Source: the human T2T-CHM13v2.0 reference genome, Homo sapiens
Length of the DNA stretch: 64,000 nt
Assembly (NCBI RefSeq): GCF_009914755.1
Contig: NC_060934.1
Reading direction: 5' to 3' (one strand)
Below are positions 15,690 through 30,873 of this stretch, piece by piece. The notes under the pieces are model-generated. The model was given only the letters and a program-made list of their open reading frames with translations, did no database searches and had not been told where the DNA came from. Each line of letters starts with the position of its first letter. The stretch's first letter is position 1. Both the position numbers and the translations under genes were made by a program.

Positions 15690-16005
15690 TGCATCTGGGC
15701 TCTTGCAGCACAATTTATGTCTACTGTCTTGGATCTTCCCAACAACCTTACAATGTTGGCATTATGATCTTCCTTCTGTGGAGGAAATTGAGGCTAAACA
15801 AAATTCCTTGCATTGCCCAGGGTCAGGTAACTGTAATTCCATGGAAGAGCCAGACTTTGACCCAAATGTTTCTGGTTCCCAAGCCCATGTTCTTTCCATC
15901 ATCTGCACTGGGCTTTCATTCTTTAATTATATCCACTCATTCATAAAATAGTTCCTGAGTTTCCACCGTGTTACTCTGCTTTATCTGGGTGCTAGAGATT
16001 CAGTG
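15690..16005. mobile_element. MIR and L2 fragments
   Basis: GAGGAAATTGAGGCT...TTGCCCAGGGTCA (antisense MIR core); CACTCATTCATAAAATA (L2 3' end). Confidence 0.55.
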
Positions 16006-16186
16006 GGGAGCAAAGGCAGTTTTTCTCACCTTCTGTTACTTACTTATTTCCTGTCTTATAACATGCCCTGCCTTATTGATAGACTGCAGTTTGCCATTAG
16101 CACGGGTATGATGGAAGGTTTCTATCGAATCAAACTAAGACTTAGTAGAAATGCAAGACATTTTGCCTCATCATTAGAAGACAGTG

Positions 16187-16499
16187 GGCCGGGCGCGGTG
16201 GCTCACGCCTGTAATCCCAGCACTTTGGAAGGCCGAGGCGGGCGGATCACGAGGTCAGGAGATCGAGACCATCCTGGCTAACACGGTGAAACCCCGTCTC
16301 TACTAAAAATACAAAAAATTAGCCGGGCGAGGTGGCGGGCGCCTGTAGTCCCAGCTACTCGGGAGGCTGAGGCAGGAGAATGGCGTGAACCCCAGGGGGC
16401 GGAGGCTGCAGTGAGCCGAGATTGCGCCACTGCACTCCAGCCTGGGCGACAGCGAGACTCCGTCTCAAAAAAAAAAAAAAAAAAAAAAAAAAAAGAAGA
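16187..16499 (+). mobile_element. Young AluY (AluYe-like)
   Basis: CpGs retained; GGGCGAGGTGG, GAACCCCAGGGGGCGG and GGCGACAGCGAGAC variants; A28 tail; TSD AGAAGACAGTG. Confidence 0.92.
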
Positions 16500-16640
16500 A
16501 GAAGACAGTGGGGGAAAAAATCTTATTATTTTTCAAAAAGCCAAAATGTTATTTTTATCTCACATGTTTAAAATCACAGAAAAAAGTAATTAATAACCCT
16601 CTTTTTAATCATATTTAATCTTAATCATATTTGTCTTCAT

Positions 16641-17007
16641 CATTAGTCTGCTCAGGCTGCCATAACAAAACACCATAGACTGAGTGGGTTAAGCAACAGG
16701 CATTTATTTCCATAGTTCTGAAGGCTGCAAAGTCCCAGATCACAGTGGTGGCCGACTTGGTTCCTGATAAGGGCCCTCTTCCTGGCTTGTAGACAGTCGC
16801 TTTCCTGCTGTGTGCTTACATGGCGGAAAGGGACAGCGACCTCTCCCTCTTCCTCTTCTTATCAAGCCATTATCCCATCACGAGGGTTCCACCTTCATGA
16901 CCTCATCCAACCCTAATTATCTCCCAAAGGCCTAATCTCCAAATAGCCACATTGGGGTGGGGCTTCAACCTATGGATTTTTGAAGGGATACAATTTAGTC
17001 CATAACA
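16641..17007 (-). mobile_element. MLT1A-like MaLR LTR
   Basis: TTAGTCTGCTCAGGCTGCCATAACAAAACACCATAGACTG...AATTTAGTCCATAACA. Confidence 0.8.
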
Positions 17008-17025
17008 ATGTTCTTCTCTTGACTA

Positions 17026-17336
<311 letters not shown>

Positions 17337-17565
17337 TATATATATATATATACATGTAGGTGTGTGTGTATGTGTGTGTGTGTATATGTATATTTACTAT
17401 ATATAATAAATTTTATGTATTTCATATGTATGTATTTACTATATATAGTAAATATACAGCAAATATATAAAAATTTACTGTATATAATAAATGCAATAGT
17501 ATATTATAGTATAGTATTATAGCACATATAACAAATATATAGTAAATATATATATATTTACTATC
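17337..17565. repeat. (TA)n/(TG)n AT-rich low-complexity tract
   Basis: Directly visible in the sequence. Confidence 0.85.
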
Positions 17566-17585
17566 AAAAACCAGAACGACATTGA

Positions 17586-18030
<445 letters not shown>

Positions 18031-19044
18031 TAAACGCTATGCAAGGACACACATTCCAGAGACACGCCCCATCCATTCGGCTGCGCCGCTGCCATGGGAG
18101 GCCAAAGAAGCCTGCAGCTGTAAGCCTGGGAGAGTGACAGAAGAAGGTACGTGGGCTTCATTTAGAAAATGTAAATGAATCAAATGAGACACATTCAAAT
18201 TATATCTAAGTATTGGCTCTGGAAATTGCATCTGTGGTGAGGGAAACTGGGGATAACTCCTAGGAAAAAAAATACAGAATATATATATATATATATATAT
18301 AAAGTATAAACCTCTTTGAGTTGCGGGTGGTAAGGTGGGAGGGAAATTCATAGGTTAGCCAATGTATGAGTGAAAGCATTCAAGTATATGCTTTAAAAAT
18401 AATTTTTTAGCCTAAAAATTTAAAATTTGCACCCAAAGTTTTGTTTCACAGGTTGATCAACCAATTATCGGAGTCCCCTTCATATAAGTTATTTCACAAT
18501 TGACCCTGTCATAAAGGAAAACTTTCACCAAAAATACCCTTTTTTTTCTTTTTGAGGTTTTCCCTTTATATGGAGTTGTGGAAAAGTAGAGTTTCTGACG
18601 GAAACTGTCTTGCTTTATAGCTAAATATAAGAGCAAATCCAAGTACAGCAGAAAACAATTATCCAGAAGTGGCCAGGGAAGCATTCCTGGCTTGTAGTCA
18701 TGTGGTCTCAGGAGGCGGGCAAGCCCTTTGCACAAAACCCAAACCTTACAGTATGAATGGCAGGGGTGTCAAATCAGGGTTAATAATTCAACACAAGAAC
18801 CAAGCCCAAAGGCCACCCAAAACTAAGTTCAGTGGCTGAAACAGAAGCCCAATAGGGGTGTGGCACTGTGCCCATATTCAACATAAAAATAAATAAATGG
18901 GCCACTGTGGGCAGATGTGAGGACATCCCAAGTTGTCCCCTGGGGACAGACCTCCCCACCCCCAGGTCCATCCAAGGTACAGAAGAGTGCTTTTCTCTAA
19001 CACATCACCACCTTTAAATGAAGAAATTTTGTTTCCAGAAACTT

Positions 19045-19067
19045 CTTTTCTTTTCTTTTTCTTTTTC

Positions 19068-19106
<39 letters not shown>

Positions 19107-19360
19107 CAAAGTCTCACTTTAGCCCAGGCTAAAGTGCAGTGGTGTGATCACAGTTCACTGCAGCCTCAGCCTCCATGGGCTCAGGTGATCCTCCCACCTC
19201 AGCCCTCCTAGTAGCTGGGTCTACAGGTCACACTCCCATGCCTGGCTAATTTTTTATTTTTTGTACCTGCAGGGTTTCGCTAGTGTTGAACACCTGAGCT
19301 CAAGCAACCCACTCACTTTGGTCTTCCTGGGATTACAGGCATGAGCCACAGTGCCTGGCC
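19045..19360 (-). mobile_element. AluJ with (GT)n in its tail
   Basis: Diverged Alu; GT repeat at 19071-19105. Confidence 0.85.
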
Positions 19361-19639
19361 TCCAGTAAGTTCTTAATAAAAAGGAAATAAGCTATATGCA
19401 ATGATGGACACATTAAGCCATCATCATCCAATGTTCTCTTAATACAGATCATTCATTCAATAAGTGGACTCTGAAATTTTGCTTTTGGAAAGCCACCATA
19501 CCTGGCACTGAAAAGGGTGCATTAGATGTAGACCAAATATTTAAATCTCTGTTATCATGGAAATCAAATGAGTGAACAAGTGTCAAGGTACGTTTGACCC
19601 TTCCAGTGTCTTCCCGATGCTGTTTGCTCTGATATGAGT

Positions 19640-19850
19640 TAAGATCTTGACTCTGGAGTCAGACTGCCTGGTTGTATTTAGGATCCACTACTAGCTGGTG
19701 TCCTTGGGAAAACAAAATAGGGATAATAAGAATATCTTATTCACGGAGTGGTCACGGGAATTAAGTGAGATGATATATAGGAAGCAAGGATTAAGTGAGA
19801 TGATACCTAGGAAGCTGTAACAATGCCTGGAGGCAGCATGTGCTTTGTTT
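19640..19850 (+). mobile_element. MIR
   Basis: GACTCTGGAGTCAGACTGCCTGG...AAAATAGGGATAATAA. Confidence 0.7.
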
Positions 19851-19989
19851 TTGTTGTTATTGTTGATACTGTTTCTATGTTTATATACATTTTTCTCTTA
19901 GAAAAAGAAAATTTTAGAATTTTCCTTTAGAAAAGAAAAATTTTTTCTAAAATATTATTAGAAAAAATATTTTGTCTAAAAAATAGTTT

Positions 19990-20211
19990 TCATATATAGT
20001 ATATATATTGTATATATACTATATATACATTGCATATATATACACTATATATACACATTGTGTATACATATATGTGTATATATATATATATAGTAGAGAT
20101 GGGGTCTCACTATGTTGCCCAGGCTGGTCTTGAACTCCTGAGCTCAAGCAATCCTCCTTCCTCGGCCTCCCAAAGTGCTGGGATTACAGGCATGGGACAC
20201 TGCGCCTGGCC
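19990..20211 (-). mobile_element. Alu left monomer with (TA)n tail
   Basis: GTAGAGATGGGGTCTCAC...CACTGCGCCTGGCC. Confidence 0.85.
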
Positions 20212-20566
20212 TAATGCTATATCTATAATGAATTTTTGCAACTCTGATATCTCATACATAGTCTAGGAGCCCTATAAACTAACTACTAGTGTTCTTTAAA
20301 AGATAACGTAAAATAGCAACAACGAAATAAAACAGTAGAATAAAAGTGCAAAGTTCTATGGCAGAATGGCGAAGGCTTAGTGTTGGAAACAATTATGAGA
20401 AAGGCAAGTTCCTCAACCTTCTAAAGTTTTGTTTTCTAACCTGTAAAATGGGGAGAATAATGAGTGCCTTGTTTTGGAGATGAGATGAGGTAATGTATGT
20501 AAAATTAGTAGGTTTGGTAGGTGCTATTACAGTGCAAATCGTTAATTGAGATATCATTTTTAATTA

Positions 20567-21200
<634 letters not shown>

Positions 21201-21227
21201 GAAGGCACGCTGGCTGGCTCAGGATAT

Positions 21228-21243
21228 CCACTAGGTGGTGCTA
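21228..21243 (+). promoter_or_regulatory. Candidate CTCF site
   Basis: CCACTAGGTGGTGCTA, close to the consensus CCASYAGRKGGCRCTA. Confidence 0.5.
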
Positions 21244-21339
21244 GAAAACAATGGCCAATCATGAAGCATTCATTTTCAAAGACCTGGCATTTTAATCTTT
21301 TATTTGAGTGTATCAGGAAACAGTTTCTTTCTTTAAAAA

Positions 21340-21792
21340 TTGTTTTTTATTTCAATAGTTTTTGGGGTGTCTTTTGTAACATGAATTATATAGTGGTGAA
21401 CTCCAAGATTCTAGTGCGCCCGAATAGTGTACATTGTACCTGATGTGTAGTTTTTTATCCCTAGCGCTCTTCCCCTTTCTGCATCTCTAAAGTCGATGAC
21501 ATCACACGGTATGCCTTTGCATACTTGTAGCTTAGCTCCCACTTATAAGTGAGAACATGTGGTTTTGGTTTTCCACTCCTGAAGAATAATGGCCTCCAGC
21601 TCCATCCAAGTTGCTGCAAAAGACATTATTTCCTCCATTTTAATGGCTGAGTAGTATTCCATGGTGTATATATACCACGTTTTCCTTACCCACTCATTGG
21701 TTGATGGGCACTTAGGTTGGTTCCACATCTCTGCAATTGTGAATTGTGCTGCGGTAAACATACGCGTGTGGTGTCCTTTTCATATAATGACT
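21340..21792 (-). mobile_element. L1PB/L1MA 3' end
   Basis: GCTTAGCTCCCACTTATAAGTGAGAACATG...ATGGCCTCCAGCTCCATCCAAGTTGCTGC. Confidence 0.85.
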
Positions 21793-21909
21793 TCTAGGAA
21801 ACGCAGTTTCGATGAACACTCCAACCTACATTCCTTGCATCACTTTGGGACTTTTACCTACTCCTATAATTCTCAAACATTTCCGCCCCTCTGCCTTCCA
21901 AGTAAGATG

Positions 21910-22500
21910 CTTACTCAGCCAACAATTCCTGAGTGCCTGCTGTCTGCTAGGTGCTGGATACACAAAAATGAAGAAAATGCAGTGCCTGGGCCGGTCATGA
22001 ATTCCACTGTGGATGCGTTAAGTTTGAAGTTCCTGTAGTACTTCCGGGTGGAGATGTCCAACCAGCTGTTGACTATTTAGATTTGAAGCTCAGAAGTGAC
22101 ATTCAGAATCAGGGAGACATCACACTTTGTCTGTAGTTGATCGTGAGCTTGAAAAGCATGGCCCAGGACAGAGCATAAAGTGGGAGGGGCTATGAGCGGG
22201 TACAGAATCCTGCAGAACGTGGGCATGCCAGCGAGGAGACAGGCTCGCGGAGGACAGAAGGAGGGTTCCGAGAGCCGCAGGCAGAAGCAGGGCAGGGTGG
22301 TGTCAAAGAAACCGGGGGGTATGAAGGGACAAAGGACGAGTGTCCCCTAGAAGAGAGAAGAAAGCCCATTGGATTTGGAGCAGGAAGAGGCCCACTGAGA
22401 GTGGCCTGGGGACAGAGTGCATGTGAAGACAGCCCAATATCGGCTGCTTTTTAAAAAATGTGGATGAGAAGAGGAGAGTCGGGATAGTTACTAGAGGAGC
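21910..22500. mobile_element. L2 fragments
   Basis: TCCTGAGTGCCTGCTGTCTGCTAGGTGCTGG; GGAGATGTCCAACCAGCTGTTG; CCATTGGATTTGG. Confidence 0.55.
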
Positions 22501-25199
22501 ACTGAGGGTAGGGGGGAGTCGGTTGGGGGGCTTGGTTGGTGTTTGGCTGTTTACTTATTTACTTATTTGCATTGGGAGAAAGGGATCTGATGGCATTTAC
22601 AGATGGAGGGAAGGAGCCAATAGTGAAGGACAGGCTGATGATTAGAACACATGAGAAGGGCTGACACCCCATCCCACCACTTTTCTCCTTGTCCCAAACA
22701 AGCTGTGTGCTCTTGGGTGGTTTCCTGCCCCCTCTCATCCTCAGGCACCTCACCTAGAAAAACATACAGAGTAAAATGGTGAATCGTGTGTAAGATCTCT
22801 CCTAGCTCTAAGAAAATTCCATTTCCAAATTTCAATCTTTCAGCTATCTAAACAGCAAAGGGAAGAATTATACAGGTTAAGTATGTTTAAATAACTGTCT
22901 TTGAAATGAAAGCCAACATTACAATATCTCACGTCACTAAATGCATGCATGTGGTAAAATGCAAAGCAACCCACTCAAAATAGTTGGTGTGTGGTTAACT
23001 GTGTAAATGGCATGTCTCCCTCTGCATGTGAATCTAGAGGCTGGCCCTTGAGATCCACCATCCATATATGCCACAGTTGAGTCTTCAGATCCAGCCTGTC
23101 GGTATTTCCATTCTCGAGCACTGGGTAATGTGGTCCTGGCATAGCTCTGTGCCAAACACGTGGTTAACACTTGGACTTATAAATTGTTTATAATCAGCCT
23201 CCCTGGCCAATTACAATAGAGAATTTGTATGCAAGTGAAGATATTCAGGCATGCAGAAAATTAAATAAACAGTCTATACACATGTTGAAATACATCTTGC
23301 AAATTGCAGGAAACATATTCACATTACTTTTTATGAAGGCCTCGGCTGTGTTTAAGAGGCCCTTTCTAATAAGGAATGTTTTGACTATGATCCTCCCAAG
23401 ACACTATAGCACTCAACACAGAAAGATACAATTTTCTTATTCATGAATGTCATAAATGAGCTCAAGAAGGCCTTGGCACGCTTCTTCTGTGCCCTAGCAA
23501 TGGAAGGTGAGTGCTAACCTCATTCATTTCCTTGATGAAAAGGTATCTTGATTGCTCTGCATCTAGAAGAATGGCTACTTTAAGTCCCAGGGGCACTTAA
23601 TAAAACGTCTTCGGACTGAGTGACACTGATGAGCAGAGAGCAATTTCCATTTCCCTCCTATGATCTAACAAGTAGCCGGGGGCCGGTTCTTCCAGATGCA
23701 TCCTCGGCTTGGTAGCACACAGAGGTCAGTCCATTAGGGAGGCCAGACCTCCAAAAGAAGAGGCTCTCAAAAAGACAAAACTTGGTGACCACATTCCCCC
23801 AACTCAAACATCATTAACACCTTCATTCTTGGGACAATGATAAAGTTTCTTGATGAGTGTTGATAATTACCTACTTTAAAGATTATTCAGACCCCCTGCT
23901 CTCTTTTCTGTTCTCTCTCTCTCCCTCTCTCAATCTCTCTCTACCTTTTGGTGCAGAAAGAGAACGAGCAAAAATCAAACCAGTCATCTGGGCTCCGCGA
24001 TGAGCCTTTCAGGTTGAGAGATGAGTCGCCAGGAGAGTCAGGGAGGTTTGGCCGGAAGGAAAAGATGGCTTGTTGCTGTGTTTCTGTCTCTCCTGTTGCG
24101 TTTGCTCTCATTACTGATGAACTGGGGGACTGACTGAAGAGAGGGGCTTCCTGTATCTGTGCTCTCTGGGGGCCGACTTCTGCCTGCCTTTCTGGTACCC
24201 GTGCTCTGCCAACAATGTGCGGCTTGCATTCAATTTGCTCAAACACTCACCGACTTTAATTAACTGATTTCTGTTCCAAGAACCAACATCAAATACTCTT
24301 GTGATCTTCCATGGTGAAGCAGAAACCACTGGGTGAGGGGACAGGAAATCGACCCGCCCCCAACTCCTGCTGGTTACGCTGAGCTGGGGCCAGAAACACC
24401 CCATAAACCCTCGGGCAGTCATTTATTAGAAATAATGTCATTGAAATGGAAGTTGCCATGGTACAGTGGCCTCCAGCTGAGAGCCCAGACTCCTGGGGAG
24501 GAGGGAGGGAAGAGGCCTTCCAGCTCCTGCTGCTACTCGTTACCCTCACTCCCACTGCGCAGATAAAGCACCACAAAGGGTTAGCAACTCTTTCATTTAA
24601 AAGGTGATTCAGGTGAGGTTTATTTTTCATTCCATTAAATAAACGTTGCAAAAATGTTGGAGTCAAGAGAGTAAAATCAGAAGCTGAAACAAAATGACTT
24701 AATTGCTTTGCCATATAGAGGCATATTTAGAAATGAGAGGTGCAACAGGGAAGATTGCATCACTGAGATTTTAAATCCTTGGTTACTGCAAGCAAACACA
24801 GCCACAAACCTGGATTCCAACTCTGTCCAAGTTGAAATAAAAGCAAGATTGGCTTTATTACAAATGAGTAGAGGTATGGGTTTATTGGGATGGGCAGCTT
24901 TTGAATTCTTTTTGCCTGATGTCGTTTTACAGAGATGGATAGCTGGGCATTCCAAGCCCAAGGATAGGGACTCGGATTAAACCAAGTGTGTGGTTTGGTT
25001 TTTAAGCTGTGCTGGAGGTCCTTTTACCTAATGACCCGGCCTCTGCTCTCTGCAAATAAGCCTCATCTTTCTGATGAAATTAACAAACATAGGCTTTTCC
25101 TCCTCTCCCATGGCCTATCACCGTGGGTATACATGGAATGTAGAATTGCTCTTCAAGTGGCTTGGGGGACCTAGCGCGCTCCGGCCCCTCTGAGGTGTC

Positions 25200-25810
25200 C
25201 AACCCTGCCCTGCCTCCTCTTACCTGCGTGACCTCAGGCAGGTTAGTTTCTGTGAACTTCAGATTTGTCATTTCTAAAATTAAATGAATAGTAATAAGAA
25301 TAATAGTACTAATAATAATGAATGTAATTTCTATGGCTGCCTGACAAATGACCCAAAACTTAGCAGTTTAAAACAATAAACACGTGCAGCCTCACACAGT
25401 TTTCTGCAGGGTAGGAATCTGGGAACAGCTTAGCTCCAGCCCAGGACCTCCATGAGGCAGCAGTGAAGGGGCAGGCTGAGTCCAGAGTTATTCGAAGGCA
25501 TGACTGGGGCTGGAGGATCTGCTTACACGATGGTACATTCACAGGACTGCAGACAGGGAGCCCCCGATCCTCACCTCCTGGGCTTCTCCACAGCTCACTT
25601 GAATATCCTCATGGTGTGGAAACTGGCTTCCTTCCCCCAGAGTGAGTGATTCCAGAGAGAGCAAGGGATTAAGCCACAATAGCTTTTGCAGCATAACCTG
25701 GGCGGTGACAAACCTTCACTTCTGTGTTCTGACGGCCACACAGACCAATCCCAAGGACCGCGGGAGATGCCCATGCAACGCTGCCGACCACATCTCCCTT
25801 GAGGGGTGTT
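25200..25810. mobile_element. MIR core followed by an MLT1F/G/H-like MaLR LTR (from ~25322)
   Basis: GTGACCTCAGGCAGGTTA; ACCCAAAACTTAGCAGTTTAAAACAA...GGAATCTGGGAACAGCTTAGCT. Confidence 0.65.
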
Positions 25811-25979
25811 AGGAAGATGAGTGTGTGTCCATGTGAAGTAAGCAAATGACACTCAGTAGAGGCTCGATAAAATAAACCAAAGTTATCACTATTTATCCCA
25901 TCAGTACGAAGCATCCCAATTCAAAATGTGAGGCTGAGAAAGAACTGCTAGGTTAACATACAGAAGAGCCAAATGAGAA

Positions 25980-27255
25980 CAACATCCATTCATCCAACAA
26001 ATATTTACTCATAGAGTGTGTAGTATGCTCCAGACACTGTTCTGGTTACTTGGGCTATATTAATAAACAAAATCAAGATCCTTGCCTTTATGCAGCTAAT
26101 GTGCCAGAGGTGAGACACAGACAATTAAAACAGACATAGTAAATGAGTAGATTGTATAGCACATTAGAAGGCAGGATGTGCTATAACAAGAAGAAGAAAG
26201 GAAGAGCCAGTCAAGGGGCATTAGGAATGCAGGGGCAGGAGGTGCAGATTGAAATATTCAGCATGGCGCTAGCACGGGTCTTATGGGAAAGGTTCGGCAG
26301 AGCACAGAGGGGCCATGAGGCAGGCCCTTTCCTGGGAGACACAGACTGCTCTGCAGAGATTACGTCCTAAGGCTTCACTGCAGCCTGGGACCGTCCCACC
26401 TGACTCTCCCTCTCTCTCCTGCATTGGAGATCTGACCTGCATCCCAACCTGATGCCTCCCTTAGCCTCCTCCCTCCTTCCTGATATCTTCTCATGGGAAG
26501 ATGCTCTCAGAAAAGCCTCGCTCACTGAATCCCCCCCGGGCATCTGTATCTCAGGGGACCGGGTTGGCACACCAGGGAAGGATGCCAGCTTCTGCACTGA
26601 AGGAAAAGGGCAGCACTGCAGGGCTCAGAGAGAGAAGGAGTGCCATGGGAGCTGCTCTGAAAGGATTGTCCTGACGCAGTTTTGAAGAGAACCCTTAGGA
26701 GAAGCAGGAGTCACAGCAGGAGACCAGGTGGAATGTTCTAGGTTCTGCCACAGCCAGGAAATGATGACGCCACTGTGACCCGGGGCAGCAGGGAAGTGGT
26801 GAGAAGTGGTCTGACTCTGGGTGTATTTTAAAGATACAACCAACAGGATTTCCTGGTGGATTAAATGTGTGGTGTGAGAGAAAGAGGAGTCACGGATGTT
26901 CAGCCTAGGAAGCTAGACCAATGGAGCCACCAACACCTGGAATGGGGGAATCTGTGGGCAGAGCAGATCTGGGAGAAATTTGGACATGTCAGTGTGACGT
27001 CTCCTAGACATTCAAGCCACCATCTCAAGGAGGGACTTGGACAAACGTGTGCAGTTTAGGAGAAAGTTCAGGGCTGGCGATGGACGTATAGGGGTTATTA
27101 TGTGTAGATAAACAGATGTTTAAAGACAAGGGACAGGATGAGGCCTCCGGGGAGTGTGGGAGATAAGGAAGGGATGAGGCTGGAAACCAAAAAGTGACTG
27201 TTGCAAATCTCAATCCATTTAGAGGTTTATTTTGCACACTTGAGGATGCGCCCAG

Positions 27256-27292
<37 letters not shown>

Positions 27293-27920
27293 TTACAGGA
27301 GGATCTGTGGCCTGCGCTTTTTCCAAAGAGGGTTTTGACAACTTCAGTGTTTAAAGGGGAAAGAGCGGGCAGGAGGAGAAGGAGGAAAGAAAAAAAAGGA
27401 GGGTAGGCAATGAGGCAAGTGGTTACATTTTTATAAGGTTTTGATTAGCACATGCTGAATCCACATTTTATATGTGAAAAGGGGAGGTCAATTATGCATT
27501 CATCTGTGCTCAGTAAATCTACATTCTACATAAGATAAAGTAAGCATGTGAAATTACAGCTATTTTATATTTGTTTGTTGTTGTTGTTAAAAGTTGATTT
27601 TTTTTTTCATGACTCAGTTCCTAAGCTTCACTTTTCCCTTTGGCATAGTGAGTTTGGAGTCCCGGGATTTTATTTTCCTTTCACGAGGCTGAAGACATTT
27701 TGGCATTATGAGGTTAAGGTGCAACAGATGACCCAGCAGAGAAGGCAGGGTGATCAGAGAGCAGGAGGAAAACCAAGAGAAGGTGGCATCCAGAAGTTGA
27801 GGGGAGAAGGAGCATGAAAGAGGAGGGGCCATCAGCGTGCCTTAGCTGCTGAAGTCTGGCACGATGAGGATGGAGGAATGGCCATTGGATCTAGCAGTGC
27901 AGAGGTCATTAGTGACCATT
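25980..27920. mobile_element. Fragmented L2 with nested LTR pieces
   Basis: CATCCATTCATCCAACAAATATTTA; CAACAGGATTTCCTGGTGGATT; GGCCATTGGATCTAGCA...GAGGTCATTAGTGACC. Confidence 0.6.
27198..27684 (-). mobile_element. MER4C-like ERV1 solo LTR containing (CA)n
   Basis: Minus strand begins GTGAAAGGAAAATAAAATCCCGGGACTCCAAACTCACTATGCCAAAGGG. Confidence 0.72.
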
Positions 27921-28342
27921 AAGGAAAATGCTGGGCCTTGCTTTTCCTCTGGGAGGCCACCCCTTCCACGTGTGGGTGTCCTGCCCTCATCCCCAGGGAT
28001 GCAGACTCCAGACCACCTCATCCCTGATGACCGAGACCCTCACCTTCTGAAGCAGCTCTGCCCACTCTACATTCTCCTTTGAGCCTGGTCTCTGCTCCTT
28101 GAGGGAGGGGACAGCCCGCCAGAGTGCTGAGCCACACTCCCTGCTGACGTGAGCGTGGGAGCAAAGTGCTTCACTTGCTCATTTTACCAGGTGGTTTCCA
28201 GAGACAATGTTCCTCAACCAAAGGAAAGTGTCCTAGTGATTGGAACTGCACCCCAAAGAGTAGGTCTTGAGTCTCAGAAGGAGAATCACTGGGCCAAGTG
28301 TGATGGGAGTAGGGAGCTGGTCCCAGCTCTTCTAGTGACCAG

Positions 28343-28774
28343 TGTTGCGGGCGAGCCAGAACTATCTGGGCCGGTGGCATGGGGGTAAAAGAATTTACCA
28401 AGACAGTTGTAGATAAAGAAAGGCAGATTTATTTGTTTAAAAAAGCATGAAAATATGTTGCAAGAAGGCAACGGGCAGCCAGCAGAAGAGCAGCTGACAG
28501 CCAGGAGGCAGAGGCTTGCTGGGGATTTTATAGGATGGTGCTTGTGCTGTGTGCTGGAGAGGGCTGTGTGTGGTACTGACAACGCCAAGGTTGCAGTGAG
28601 CCAACTTGCAGGTGTCTGGTGATACCTGGGCACAGGAAGATTGTGAGTTATTTGCACAGGAGGGCTGTGTGTCTGGACCATGAAGAAAGGCAGACTTACA
28701 GCTTACCTGTTTCCTCTTTTTGCTTTCCCCTCCTCCCACCAGCCTGACTCCTTTTTACTAATTAGGACTCCAGA
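28343..28774 (-). mobile_element. MER83-like ERV1 solo LTR
   Basis: Minus strand GGAGTCCTAATTAGTAAAAAGGAGTCAGGCTGG...TATAAAA...AATAAA...CCCGCAACA. Confidence 0.72.
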
Positions 28775-29202
28775 CCCAGCTCTCTGCCCACATTCACCTC
28801 ACCCTTCTCGGCCTTATCTGCTTCCTCTGTGGAATAAGGGGATCAGTTGCCAGATTCTCATGCTGTCTGGATGATAGAACCCCCACATCACTCTATGCAT
28901 AACACTGTGGCCTATTCAGCACATTGTGGATTTCTAAATAAATATACAATAATTTCTAAATTCTAAACAAATTTAATTTTATAATAAGAAATAAAAAGAA
29001 TTTTTCCAGCAAAAAAAAAGGGAGAAATAGAGGCCTTATCTTTATAGTCTAATACTAAACAAGGGACCTGAGCCATGGGAAGGGAAGAGGGGCAGCTGTT
29101 GACCACAGTTCATCTGTCCCAGGGTCTCACGTAAGAGTCTTTTTGGTTAGAGAGGCATAGTAGGTACAATGATTTAAGAAAAATATATGGGAGAAAATAT
29201 AT

Positions 29203-29655
<453 letters not shown>

Positions 29656-30206
29656 ATACATGAGAGAAAACTCAGAATTGAGAAAATCGTTCTTATTAAC
29701 TTTCTTCCTGTGACTTGGGGAAGATAGGCCATTAATTGATTGCAATTCTGGAGCCAGAGAAAACCCATTTTCTAGGCTGAGGATCACTTGCTAGACAGTC
29801 TCCAAAGCTCCTTCCACCTGTTAAGTGTCTAAGATTCCACAAAGTGACACCTACCTCCTCCAGGGGCTAAAGTCACCTGAAATACTACAGCGTGGGCTCC
29901 CAAGGTGAGGCTGCTTCCCTAGGAGCATGAAGTGAAATGAACGGATTTATTTTATTTTATGAATTAAATAAGATCTTTGGGCAGAGGCTTCAGACAGATG
30001 GGATATCTAAAGCGGCAAGCTATGCTCTTCTAAAGAAGCCAAAGGAGAGTGTAGAAGGGCCAGTTAGACTTTGCAACCTCAGAAAGAAAGTATTTGTGAA
30101 GAGTCAGGCATGCAAAGCATTTCTTAGCCATCAGAGCGGGAAAGATGAATTGATGACTTGGTCTCCAACCCCCTTTCCTACCCGCCCGCCTAGGAAGCCT
30201 AGTGTC

Positions 30207-30240
30207 TGTAATTACTCCTGTCGGCCTCTAGATGGCAGTC
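30207..30240 (+). promoter_or_regulatory. Candidate CTCF site with upstream module
   Basis: TGTAATTAC-TCCTGT-CGGCCTCTAGATGGCAGTC. Confidence 0.6.
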
Positions 30241-30572
30241 AGAAAAAAAACAAAGATAAAACTCAAATTAAACAGAGAAAGAGAAACCAGTAAAGGTTAG
30301 AACAAAGGTACAGAAACAAATATGATTTTTTAAAAAAAATCATAAGGGTAAACCAAGAAAACTAACCAAGGACTTCTGCATATAATACATAACCAATGCT
30401 TTAGGAGAAATGTCATTCAAAGCTACTTAATTTAGAATTCTAAAACCAAATTTACAGCTTACTTGGGTACGTTTTTGATAGTTCAGTCACAATGTCAATA
30501 TTTATGCAATAAATGTTATTGTACTAGGTTGTTTTTTAAAGTCCCTCTAAGTTTTAAGGAGTCCCTGAATAA

Positions 30573-30873
<301 letters not shown>

